Shown here piece after piece: positions 48,229 to 60,119 of a DNA stretch of 64,000 nucleotides. The stretch spans positions 186,001 through 250,000 of the forward strand of contig AP026147.1 in assembly GCA_030295235.1 (NCBI GenBank), in the 5' to 3' direction. The notes beneath the pieces were generated by a model that saw only the letters and a list, made by a program, of their open reading frames with translations, had not been told where the DNA came from and did no database searches. The DNA comes from Fistulifera solaris. Its lineage: Eukaryota. Positions within the stretch are counted from its first letter, which is position 1; each line of letters starts with the position of its first letter. The position numbers and the translations under genes were made by a program.

Positions 48229-50935
48229 TCAAACGTTCACAATGAGCAGGTTCAACTCAACTTCGGTACCTTTGTTTCCCTGATTGCTACTTGAAGGCAG
48301 CGGTGTTCCCCTTATCTTTACTGACGCGTAGTTGAGGAAAGAATTGTTCGTTTCAAACGGAGGAACTCTGTCCCAATCCGTGTTGGATCCACCGCCGCCA
48401 TTATTCGATATCACAAACGAAACACTGTTCACTGGACCGTTCGTGACTGAAATGATAGGGCGGACTTTTAGATCTGTACCGTACGTCACGGTGCTGATCG
48501 TTTGACCTTCCGTAAGAGAAGGAATCAAAACAGTGCCCAATCCGTCGACGAGAGACCAACCAGAGATAGTGCCGACAGGTCCCGGTGTCGTGGGCGCGGC
48601 ACTTGGAGATGAAGTTGGATCCACAGTTGGAAGCGGAGAGGAAGTTGGCGCGACGGATGGAGGCGAAGTCGGATCTTCAGATGGAGACGAAGTCGGGCTC
48701 ACAGATGGTGGGTTGACAGGGACTATGACTGGACTTGGAACGGGCACAGATACAGGACTCGGAACGGGGTTTGGAGCCGAGACGGGGCTTGTTATCGGAG
48801 CAGGAACAGGAGCATTACTTGGTGATAAAGTTGGACTCGTGGTAGGACTTCGTGTAGGACTTCGTGTTGGACTTCCTGTAGATGCGCGTGATGGGGCTTC
48901 AGTAGGAGTTCGTGTCTGAGCTTCAACAGGAGTTTGTGTTTGTGATCGTGTTGGACTGTCCGTAGCTGTAGTTATCGGCATTGGAACTGGAGGAGAACCA
49001 CTATCTGGCAGTGATACAGGACTCGCAATTGGCGGGCTGGCAACTGTCGGCGAGGCAACCGGCGCTGTCGGCGCGGTTCCAGTTGGGAATGATTGTCCAA
49101 TCGGCATTGATTGTCCAGTCGGCATTGACTGACCTGTAGGCACGAAAGGACCGACATTAGCTGTCGAAGGCCTAGGGGTTACCGCGGCGGCCGTCGGACC
49201 TGCAACGAATGTATTGGTCGGATTCGCAGTAGCGTCGATACCTACGGGTGGCGTTTGACCGTCAGTCCCTGTCGAAGGTGTCGGGATGACAACAAAACCT
49301 TCCGTAGGGGTATTTGTAAACGTAGCGACTGGCGACATCATTATTGGGGGACTTGAAGAAGGAGGCTCCATCGTAGGCGATACAATTGGCAATGGCGCCA
49401 ACACTGGTAAACCTAAAGGAATTCCAGGTAATGTACTTGTTGTCGGGACACCAGTACTTCCTGGTACTGCTGGAATAGGCGCCGTAACGGGAGACGGAGT
49501 AACGCCGAAAATAGGCTTATTCGTGGGTGACTCGAACGCTGGAAAGGATAGCGGAGATCGGCTTGGTATTCTATCGTAGCTTAGATCATCACCGGGCGAG
49601 GGCGTGGGCTCAAATCCGAGGGATCCCAAGTCTTCAAAGAACGATTCTGGAGAAACCGAAGGAGCACTACCTTCTGTGAGAGTGTCAAACTTGTACGCAA
49701 CGAGCTCGTTTTCTGCGAAAACAGGCTTCGGAACGTTGATTTTCATTTCTTCCTCTGCCATGTAACTTCCCAACGTCGCTCCTCCCAGACCTCCTGCTGC
49801 TATGATGGAGCCAATTGCTACCCCAACAGCGAACTTGGCACTCACGGTGGCAGCAGCAGCAGCTGCTCCTCCAGCCGCGACAGCAGTGGCGCCACCAGCT
49901 GCCGCTCCCGCGGATGCAGCTACTGTGATTGTCGCTGCTCCTTGTCCCACAGAAGCACCCGCTGTCTGTGCTGCTTGGATCATGGCTTGTTTCATTACTT
50001 GTGCCCTGAAAGAGTTGGAAATCGAAAGTTAGCGAATGCGCAGCTGATATCAAATCGATACAACATCACAGATCACCCACAAATTACTTACGTTACATCT
50101 TGTTGAACCACAAAAGCCCCCGTCATATTGCGTGACGACTCGTGCGCTCCCGCTTGTGCGAAACTCGAAAAATCACCTCCTCGATTCATCATTCCGTGTA
50201 GATTCCCGCCGCGGTCTACCATAACGTGAGCTGCCACTGCATCTTCTGCGATATCTTCTTCATTATTTTGGTTGTTTAGAAGTCGTTTCCCCAGCCGCAT
50301 GAGCGGATCCATGGCAAAATACATGCCGCCTTGTAACATGAGTCCGTACCCCATTTGTTTTGCAAATTGCCGTGTCGGGTCCTCCTCTTCCGCCTCCTCT
50401 CCCTTCTTTTCGAAACTACCCCCAGATCCGTTGGCGTTTGTAGCATCCACTAACATAGGAATGTCCTCCAGAGTCATGGAATTTTCCATCGGAGCGGTTT
50501 TTGCATCATGAAAGTGCGATATGGAAGCTTCACTCGCAAACGATTCAAAGGAGCCATCCCACAGGTCGCCAGCGGATTTGTTGAGTGCACTTTAACAATA
50601 ATAAAGAGATGGTACAAAGCAAAAAGCAAAGTGAGGAAGAAGTTGCGGTTGCCAATTTTTAATACCGTGATAGCGCGGATGAAAGGCCTCTTTCCCGGTG
50701 AATACTCCGTAACAAAGCCTGCTACTTACGAGAAGGACATCATACCGTCCGGTATATCGGAATAGGCATCCATGAACGAAGGATCTTCGTCTCCTTCACT
50801 GAGATGCATACTTTCGCTCGAAAGAGTATCCTGATTGTCTTTGGCATCGTAAAATTTCCCGTCCGGGTGTAAGGGCAACTCTCTGGACTCGTTATTCGCA
50901 TCGAAAACGGTCACGGACTCGGCAAATCCGACCAT
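48229..50935 (-). CDS. Unknown family paralog A: FFAT-like acidic N-terminus, Gly/Ala membrane segment, PTS mucin stalk, terminal beta-domain (introns 50590-50729, 50006-50091)
   Basis: Three ORFs join in frame through GT-AG introns; strongly similar to paralog B. Confidence 0.8.
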
Positions 50936-52149
50936 CGTCACCTAACTAATGAATAACAGGGCAGATATTGAGGACCGAAAGCGTTTCAGGGTCTATACTC
51001 TAGTCGGGGATCTATTCTTGTTGTTGTTGCTCCATCCGTCTCGTCGAGGAAAAAAAAAAGCGTTTCGTCGTTTTGTTGCGCGCTTGCGGTGGACGGTGGA
51101 TGGAGAAAATTGCAGGGCCTATATCGCTTCGTTCATTACTTCCACTCTTCTACTATCTTTTGTATACTATCAGCCCCGTGTCGATTCTACTTCTTACGTT
51201 GGTACGGAAAGAATTTTTAGTTTCGCTTGAAGTGCCAGATTCACGTTTAGCACTTAAGTAATTGAGGGGGACGAAAGACACCCAAACTGAAGCGCGACGC
51301 TGCTTGTCATAGTGGATGGTAGAACGTAGATTCAAGAATATTCCTTCTTAATTTTACTATACGTTCCAATGTAGAAAACGTTCACGTTTTGGTCGTAAAA
51401 CAAATCTGCATCGATAGTCTTTTGTACATTATTTATGACTATCGTTCGAAAGGGCACTATAATTGTTAACTCCCGTACGTCATCGTCTATCTCGTAGAAA
51501 TTTGTACCAGCTTCACGTAGGATATTTGAACCATTAACCCTATTGAATGACTGGGTGGTGCATTGACAAAGACGGGAAGACGATGATGTTGTGATGGCTG
51601 GATCTTTTGCATTGCAAAAGCGTTCATTTCATCGAATAGGCTCGTCGATGAGCGATATTTTCTTTTCGACACCAGCAAATGAGACCTCTCGAGTTGTTAA
51701 TAAGAGTTGGACGCCGAACGATGGTCTAAAGAAGACACCATTCCCGAAACAAATGCTCCTCATTTATCTTGATCCTGCTCAAGAGCACAAACAATTAGGA
51801 TTCTTCGGTGACGCGGCACCTGGCCAAATACGCTAATCATTTCTGTTCTCATGAAACTGCGAATAAAACAACGAGATCGCGCAGAAAAGTTGAATATTAA
51901 TCGACAGAACAAGTTGCAAAGCAGAGAACTAATGAGAACATGAGAACGAGTGTAACTCCTTGCGACGAGCACCTTATCGGAGAATGTCTACCGCAAACTA
52001 TCGATCGATTATGCAGCAAAGCTTATTAAATTAATTTGACACGGCCGCTCAGATGCTACTGAGCAGTTGGCTCTACACTATTATGAACACATGGTCGAGT
52101 GTCTCCTGCTTCATGTTAATTTCGGAGCAGCATTCACCGAAGACAAGAT

Positions 52150-55100
52150 TTAGGATATCGTGCCAATGATCGACAAATTCAGCCCAACTTGAACACCCTT
52201 GTTGCCCTGATTACTGTCGGATGGGAGCGGAGTCGCCTTGATGCTGACCGAAGAAAATCGGAGGAATCTGTTATCCGTCTCAAAAACTGGACCGGGTCTG
52301 CTCCAGATCGACGAAGATCCACCGCCGTTGTTGTTATCGATGTCAAAGTTGACGCTCTTGACAGGGCCCCATATTGTCAAATAGAGGGCCCGGACTCGGA
52401 GGTTTGTCCCATAAATCGCTGTATTGATGGTTTGTCCCTGGAACAAAAATGGAATCAGTACATTTCCCCCTCCATCGACCAGCGAAAAGCCAATGATGTT
52501 GCCCACGGGCCCCGTGCCAACCGGCGGCGCGGCCACCGGCGTCGGCTGGGGCGCAATTGGGACCGGCTGTTGCTCCGTGGGTACAGGAACGACAATAGGT
52601 GCGCCGGTCGGATTGTCGATGGGACTTTTTGTTGGTGTTAACGAAGGCTTTGAGCTCGGTCTGGAACTCGGAACAGGAGTGGGAGAACCTGTTGTTGTAA
52701 TCGGATTACTAGTCGGGTCATTGGTTGGCAAAGTGGTCGGTCCTGGACTTGGAATTGAGCTTGGATGATCCGTAGGGACTGTTAACGGGCTTACTGGCGG
52801 GTTACTGACTGGCGTTAGTATGGGACTGCTTGTTGTCGGCGTTGGTCTCGGTAAAGCTACACTTGGCACGGAGCTGGGATGTTCCGACGCCGCAGATGGA
52901 ATGCTAGTCGGACTGCTAGTGGGCAAGAGGTCGGTATCGCGCTTGGTACAACGCTCGGAACAAAGCTCGGAGAATCGGAAGGAACCAATGAGGGCATTTC
53001 GGAAATTTCTGCTACCGGGTTCGTGTTTGGCGCTCTGACTGGACTACCGGTAGTCGGCGTAGGACGAGGCATATCTGTGGGTGAGGAGCTGGGCAGCGAA
53101 TTCGGCAGCGAACCTGCATCGTCAGTCGTGGGCGCAAATGTTGGCTTAGAACTTGGAGTCAAAGTTGGATTGTCGATAACTGAGTCATTGCTTGGGGATG
53201 CGGAGGGAGAAATAACGAAATTCGTTGGACGCAAAGAAGCAGGCATCGATAGGCTTGGCTTAGCGGTCGGTACAAAGGTTGGCTCATCCGCAACCACCGA
53301 TGGTGTGTTTGTGGGACCAGTTTTTGTGGATAGGGGTGCTGAGCTTGGAATTGAGCTTGGACTGTCCGCTGTCATCGTTGGGACGAGGTTTGGCGATGAC
53401 AGGGGGCTGTTTGTCGCAGTTGGTATTTGAACCGGGCTCGACATATTGGGCTGTAATGTTGGAGTCCCAGTAAACGTACTTACTGGACTGTCGCTTAACT
53501 TTATTGTTGGTGATCGCGTTGGCATACCAGTTTTTGCTGATAAAGTGGTGGAAGGACTTGACGAGGAGGCGGCAATAGGGTTGGGGAGGGCTGGAATCTC
53601 CGTTGTCACAGTCCAGTCAGAAGGCACCGTAGTTCCAGTCGGGTCTGTGATTGCAGAGCTTGGCGAAAAAGTCAAGACGCCTTCTAATATGGTTGGTGAT
53701 GGCGTCAACGTAGGGAATGACACAAATTCTTCCGTCGGATTGTTTGTTGAGGTCGGGATGGGTGATGTTGACGGAATGAAACTTGCCAAATCGATGGGAA
53801 TACCTAAAGCTGGTTGCTGAGTTGCAATCATCATAGCAGGATTTCCAGCCAACCCACCACCTGGGACGCCCGTACTACCTGGTGTTGGCGCCACAACGGG
53901 TGATCCACTCGTGCTTATAGTGGGTGTTGATCCAGGACCTGACGGCAATGGTCTTGTTGGATCGACGTGGTTGCCAAGATCTTTGTTTGGCGAGGCTGTG
54001 GGTAGATATCCGAGAGAATCCCACGACTCCGGAGAAACCGAAGGAGCAATCCCTACTGGCAGGTCCAGAGTATCAAATCTGTACGAAGCTAGCTCTTGCT
54101 TAGCGAAGACGGGCGTAACGTCGACGTTTAACTCCTTCTCTCCCATGTAACTTCCGAGCGTCGCTCCACCCAGACCTCCCACTGCAATGATAGAGCCAAC
54201 AGCTAGCCCAATGGCAAACTGGGCACTCATAGTGGCGGCAGCAGCAGCTCCTCCCGCCGCAACAGCAGTGGCGCCACCAGCAGCCGCTCCAGCGGATGCT
54301 GCTACTGTCATCGTTGCTGCTCCCTGTCCCACGGATGCTCCTGCTGACTGGGCAGCTTGAATCATGGCTTGTTTCATTACCTTTGCCCTGTAAAAGGATA
54401 GGAAAGTCAGTCAAAGCAAAAGTCAAACTGCTCTTGCTTGATGCTCCACTCAGCGAACGACTTACGTTACATCTTGTTGGAGAACAAACGCCCCCGTCAT
54501 ATTGCGAGATGACTCGTGTGCGCTAGCATGTGCGAAAGTGGAAAAATCACCCGCACGGGTCGTCATACCGTGTTGCCCGCTTCGGTTCACCATCATCTGA
54601 GCTGCCGCTACATCCTCCAAAATGTCCTCCTCGTTTCCTTCATTGCTAAAGAGCCGTTTTCCTATTCTCATCAATGGATTTAAGGCGAATTGCAACCCGC
54701 CCTGAAGCATGAGTCCATATCCCATCTGTTTTACGAATTGACGAGTCGGATCCTCCTCTGGTTCATCCTCTTCCTTCTTTGGTGTACTGCTTATACTATC
54801 GCTTGAACCGTTTGCGTTGTTTGCGGCTACCAAATTGGGAAGGTCCTCGAGCGTCATGGAGTCTTCCATTGGAATTGGCTTGGACTCGATTGTCGTATCC
54901 TGAAATTGCGACATCGATGCATTCCCGTCACCGCCCAATTCAAAAGAATCGTCCCACAAGTCGCTAACGGATTTGTTGAGTGTGCTGTGTCAAAGAGGTG
55001 AATCAATGTATTTGGGAGAGAGGCAACGTCGATGTTAGCAGGGCACTCATTTGCGTAAATTGAGAGCTCCGCCACTCATTTACTTACGACAACGACATCA

Positions 55101-55308
55101 TGTTATCGGAAAGATCACCGATCGGCATGGTAGAGAACGCATCTATAAATTCATCATCTGCTTCACTCAGATGCAAGCTTTCGTTGCCGAGATTGTCGCT
55201 TTCCTGGTCGTCCTGCGCATCGTAAAATTTGCCGTCGGGATGTAATCTTAACTCCCTGGACTCATTGTTCGCGTCAAAGACGGTAACAGAGTCGGAAAAC
55301 CCGACCAT
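52150..55308 (-). CDS. Unknown family paralog B (introns 54985-55087, 54388-54465; frameshift near 52925)
   Basis: Same exon structure and motifs as paralog A (LHPDGKFYDA, QMGYGLMLQGG, MKQAMIQAAQ, NQGNKG). Confidence 0.8.
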
Positions 55309-56632
55309 GGCGGCGTTGTTTGTTGTTGTTTAACAACTTTTGCTCGGACAAAATAGTCTTGTTGTGATTGTTGTTTGTCGTTTTCGCAGTGGCTTTCGTG
55401 TTCTTGCTTTGAAGTTCATTACTACAGGCCCAAACAGAATGGCGGTACACCTTGTAATATACTACGCCAGAGGCAAGAACTATGACCCTTATGATTGTGT
55501 ACCCTACTGGTTAGTGAAAGTACTAAGTAAGCTGTTTCCTAAGTATTGCTTGTTGCTGGGTTTTAACGGGTTTTCGGAGTATGTTATACGAGCTGACTGT
55601 GCATTACTCTTTTGGTCTTGGTCAAGAATTTGAGTCATGAGTCATAGCAACACGACTGAACGATAATGAGGAGGAGTCCGAGATCCTAGGATAAGATTTG
55701 AAGCTAAGGGATTAAATGAACGCCTAGATTAGATTAGTAACTTGCACTAGAATTTTTAATTCAAAGAAAAAGAGAGAGCGACTGGCGCCTGTTGCGCAAG
55801 GTGAACATAAGCTTAATCGTGTCGCCCGATTAGCGCCGAATGATTTTACTCTCCGAACAGAAAAATCATGCGATTTCATGTCTCACCAGCTGTGCTTAAT
55901 GCTAGTGAGTCCATGAGAGCGATTTGTAGCAAACTATTGCAAATCATTAGCCGCCGTGTGTCCTTCTACAGCTTAGGCCCCATTCAAGCATTGCTTGCAA
56001 CCATCATGGAAAGGGAAGGTGCGGGCAATCACGTAGGTCCACGTAGAGAAATTTACCACAGCAGAGGTGCGTTCCCGTGCCGTGAGTTATAAGCCATAGT
56101 TTCCGTGTCGCCCTAACAAATAGGTCTAGCAAGAAGGTTCCATTGACATCAGTGTTTTCGATGATGTCAAAAAGTGAAGACGAGAGAAAGTCTCCCTCTG
56201 GTCGTGATGACCTCAGTTTTGTATCATCGAGTACCGCTTCGATGTGCGAGACTCCGAGCCTTCCGTACTCCTTCGAGTGTAAACTTTAACCTTAAAACGT
56301 CAGCTAAGTAGGAACGGAATGGGGGCCAAGGGCCAACGCGAACAAAAAAAAAATCGACGATGGCACTTGGCCCAAACTCCGATTACGAGAAAGCGACCGA
56401 AAGAATCTTTCACTATCGATGCAAAAGTACAGTTCTCATGCCTCGATCTTTGGGGTGCTTTTTTGACACGAGAAATGCCACGGGCAATCAGCCCATCAAC
56501 ACTTTGCTCGTGGATTTTTGTTATTCTTTACTCGGAACTATCTCATTGTTTTTCTCAAACAGAGATAATCAAACAGAACAATCCTGAAGGATCAATTCTT
56601 GCGTCAAGCGAAATCGCCTACCTCATACAATC

Positions 56633-56848
56633 ATGTCTAAGATGTACCGTCAACTCCCCATCTTCCTCACTGTCATCGTTATGCTCTTTGCCGCTGTGAG
56701 TTCCTTTGGCGGACGAGGCAAACAAGCCGTTACCTCTCATGGATCCGGTCTCCACGGGCATCGTCTGTTAAACCATCTTTTAGATATCGGCGAGAATCCC
56801 AATGAAGATATCCGCACCAATGTCTTTTTGGCCATGGAAGGTCTTTAA
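56633..56848 (+). CDS. Possible small secreted or plastid-targeted peptide
   Basis: 71 aa ORF with a signal-peptide-like LPIFLTVIVMLFAAVSS-F in an otherwise long non-coding spacer; no homology recognised. Confidence 0.3.
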   Translation: MSKMYRQLPIFLTVIVMLFAAVSSFGGRGKQAVTSHGSGLHGHRLLNHLLDIGENPNEDIRTNVFLAMEGL

Positions 56849-57408
56849 GAGGCGAACATTGACGCCCACACTTTTGAAACCAAACGAACGAGAAAAAGAA
56901 CAATGTATTATTACTACATAGACAACACACAGTGTTGCGATCATAGAACGCAACCAGAACAATTCATTTATAATAGATCTTTTTTAACACCGAAGCTTCG
57001 CACAATCTTCTTTACTTGCGTCCTCTTTGTTGTATTGGGATGCGATTGGCGCCATTACGTCCTCCTTCACACAAGTGCATTGTTCAAGTTTATAAGCTTT
57101 TCTTTTGGAGCGATTTTGAGGGACTATCACGAAATGATCATCCTGTCAATTTCTTCTTCTTTAGAACGTTAACGGTCAAATTTTGCGAGTCATTTCGTCT
57201 GGTACTCGCGTTCGCCTTTTGCTAGGGAGAGAGATTTCCCCAGCAAATGTAGATACAATCAAGTATTTCGAGCAAGTTGCATAATTTGCGCATACCTTGT
57301 AGTAGAGCGGTTACATAGCATGACCTGATATCTGATCTCGAGCCAAAAAAATGCACTATAAATCATTTCTCTACTGTATCCTACATCGTGTTTGTCTACA
57401 ACTCCGCT

Positions 57409-59691
57409 TTACGCGACGACTTCGGCATCTCTTGCTTCGGCTGCATCACTGTCGTCATCTGACTTCTTGTCTTCCACCACAACATCCTGAACCGTCGACA
57501 CGACCTTCTCGTTCATGAGTCTCATCACACGCGACGCAAAGCTCTTCATGTCGGACACATCATAGCCGCTTGTCATAGATGCCACATCGTACATAAGTAA
57601 GGCAAAGTTCTTCAACTCCTCCGAGTCCTTGTCGCCCTTGACCATGCGATCCAAGTCCTGCACAATGGGATGATTGGGGTTGATCTCAAGGACAGCTTTG
57701 TTCATCGCATCAATGCCATTGATGTCCCCACCAGAAGATACAGCCTGTGCGCGCATGTAGCGTTGCATCGTTGGACTCATTCCGTAGGCCCCTTGCACCA
57801 AGGCGGCGGGCGAGTTCGTCAACAAATTGGAAACTTCCACTTTTTGAACTTTGTCTTTTAGTAACACTTCCAAATATTCGACAACCGGCTTGAGCTCCTC
57901 CTTTAGTGTTTCCTTTTTCTTCTTGGTTTCTTCATCTTCATCTAGCTTCAAATTCTCTTTGGCCGCATCGACAATGTCCTTTTCCTTGTAACTGCGCAAG
58001 CTTTCCATCATGATTTCATCCAACGGTTCGGTGGCGAAAAGGACATCATAGCCGCGTGATGCCAGCTTCTCAATGACCGGCGACATGGCGGCTCCGTCGC
58101 GGCCGTCTCCGGTGACAAAGTAAATATTCTTTTGGTCCTCCGCCATGTTTTCTACGTATTTATCCAAAGAGGTGTACTCTTCGCCCGATTTGCTGGAAAA
58201 GAATCGCAGCAACGGTGCGATTTCTTTGCGATTGGCATCGTCTTCGACAACACCCACCTTAAGGTATTTGCCAAAGTTATTCCAAAACATAATGTACTTG
58301 GTCGTGTCTTCGTCTTCCGCAATCTCGCGCATCATATCGAGCGACTTGCGGACCAAGCGTTTGTTGATGATGGAGAGTACCTTGGACTTTTGCAAAATCT
58401 CGCGACTCACGTTCAGTGGAAGATCGTTGCTATCCACAACACCGCGAACGAACTTGAGCCAGCGCGGCATCAACTCGTCGAACTTATCGTTGATAAAGAC
58501 ACGCTTCACATAGAGTCGAATGTTTCGAGCGTTTTCGTCAAACATGTCGCGCGACAATTCAAACGGCAGCATGCCGGGAATGTACAACAAAGCCTTGCAT
58601 TCGACTTGTCCCTCGAGTGAAAAATGGGTCCATTTCATGGGTTCGTCATAAGCGGCACGGAACGAAGTTTTGTAGAACGACTTGTATTCATCCTCTGTGA
58701 CATCTTTCGTGGGTCTCAGCCAAATGGGTTTTTGCGTGTTGACCAACTCATATCCTTGTTGCGTCACCGGAACCGTTTTCATTTTGGGCTCTTCACCTTC
58801 CTTTAGATCCTTGTTGGCTTCTTCATCGGGGACTTTCTTGTATTCGGTCTTTTCCTTCCAAACAGAAATAGGAAATTCAATGAATTCCGAGTAACGCTGC
58901 AATAGCTCTTCAATTTTGGCCGACTCGACGTACTCCACCGCCTCATCTTTCAAGTGCAGAATCAATTGAGTACCCGCTCCACTTTCAAACGTCACGGAAT
59001 CATCTTCTTCAATCGTATAACTACTATCCGCGGTCGAACTCCATCGATATTGTTTGGATCCTTCTTGCATGGATTTGGTGACAACTTCCACGCGGTTGGC
59101 GACCAAATAGGCCGAATAAAATCCGACACCAAATTGTCCAATGAGACCCAAATCCGCGGAACCATCCCCCAAGGCATCCATAAAGGCCCGCGTCCCCGAC
59201 TGCGCGATGCGACCCAAGTTGTTGATCAATTCGTCTTTCGTCATGCCGACGCCACTGTCTTGAATGATGAGGGTGTTGTTGTCGGGATCGGCTTTGATCT
59301 GAATGGATGGCGTGACCGACTCGCCTTCGGTCAGCGACAGGAAACGGCGTTTGTCACACGCATCGGCGGCATTGGAAACAAGTTCTCGCAAAAAGATATC
59401 CTTGTCACTGTACAAGGAATTGATGATGAGATCCATCACCCGACCGACGTCGCTCTGAAGAGACAGATAAGAATGAGTTTTCTGTACATCAGAAATGAAA
59501 CAACATTCAAAAGGACTTACGGTAAATTCATACGTCTCCTTTTCTTTTTCGGCCACGGTGCTCATGAATTTTCGGGTCGTAGTCGGCACGCCTACGCCAA
59601 ACGACGGTGTATTCCGCAGTTGCGAAGGAACAAACGCCGAACATCCGGCGGCGGCCATTAAGAGAGCGACCGATCCAGTACTGAACTTCAT
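57409..59691 (-). CDS. HSP90: Plastid-targeted Hsp90 (Hsp90C/HtpG type) (intron 59455-59520)
   Basis: Bipartite signal CSA-FVP; IINSLYSDKDIFLRELVSNA, IGQFGVGFYSA, DLPLNVSRE and LEINPNHP; no MEEVD or HDEL end. Confidence 0.95.
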   Translation of the reverse strand: MKFSTGSVALLMAAAGCSAFVPSQLRNTPSFGVGVPTTTRKFMSTVAEKEKETYEFTVSPFECCFISDVQKTHSYLSLQSDVGRVMDLIINSLYSDKDIFLRELVSNAADACDKRRFLSLTEGESVTPSIQIKADPDNNTLIIQDSGVGMTKDELINNLGRIAQSGTRAFMDALGDGSADLGLIGQFGVGFYSAYLVANRVEVVTKSMQEGSKQYRWSSTADSSYTIEEDDSVTFESGAGTQLILHLKDEAVEYVESAKIEELLQRYSEFIEFPISVWKEKTEYKKVPDEEANKDLKEGEEPKMKTVPVTQQGYELVNTQKPIWLRPTKDVTEDEYKSFYKTSFRAAYDEPMKWTHFSLEGQVECKALLYIPGMLPFELSRDMFDENARNIRLYVKRVFINDKFDELMPRWLKFVRGVVDSNDLPLNVSREILQKSKVLSIINKRLVRKSLDMMREIAEDEDTTKYIMFWNNFGKYLKVGVVEDDANRKEIAPLLRFFSSKSGEEYTSLDKYVENMAEDQKNIYFVTGDGRDGAAMSPVIEKLASRGYDVLFATEPLDEIMMESLRSYKEKDIVDAAKENLKLDEDEETKKKKETLKEELKPVVEYLEVLLKDKVQKVEVSNLLTNSPAALVQGAYGMSPTMQRYMRAQAVSSGGDINGIDAMNKAVLEINPNHPIVQDLDRMVKGDKDSEELKNFALLMYDVASMTSGYDVSDMKSFASRVMRLMNEKVVSTVQDVVVEDKKSDDDSDAAEARDAEVVA

Positions 59692-60119
59692 GATGACAAA
59701 GTGAGAGTGATTCGAATGCTTTTGATCGTTGTTGTTTTCGAAACGAAAGAAATGAAACAAGGAAAGATCGAAATAAAACGTACTTTTTGATGGCTGGAAA
59801 AGTGGAAGAAAGCTGACGTTGGGAAGCAGTACAAAAACAGACGTAGACTTCTACAGAGCGGCCACTGCGTCAGGGACGATAACAGACGGCAAGGATCGTA
59901 CAATTTGGATACGAGTATCTTTCATCCATGACACGTGGAACGTCTCAGATGGTGTCCGTACGTTTTTCTTGATCTGCGATGCGATGGTGTTTCCGTTGTT
60001 TTAGCGACACGAGAAACGAAAAAGACATCCGTTCATCGACTTGTTGCCTCGCAAACGAGCCTTTACCTTCATTTGGCTAACTTCCCTTCGCCCCATCCTT
60101 TCACAATTTGCATTTAACG

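Noticed and set aside
48500..54000. CRISPR-like or satellite array in the repetitive region; long antisense Gly/Val ORFs
   Set aside because: The repeats are degenerate PTxxP codons of the minus-strand genes, and the antisense ORFs are their shadows.
55631..55644. Tandem TGAGTCA AP-1/GCN4-like sites upstream of paralog B
   Set aside because: Not seen upstream of paralogs A or C; could be chance.
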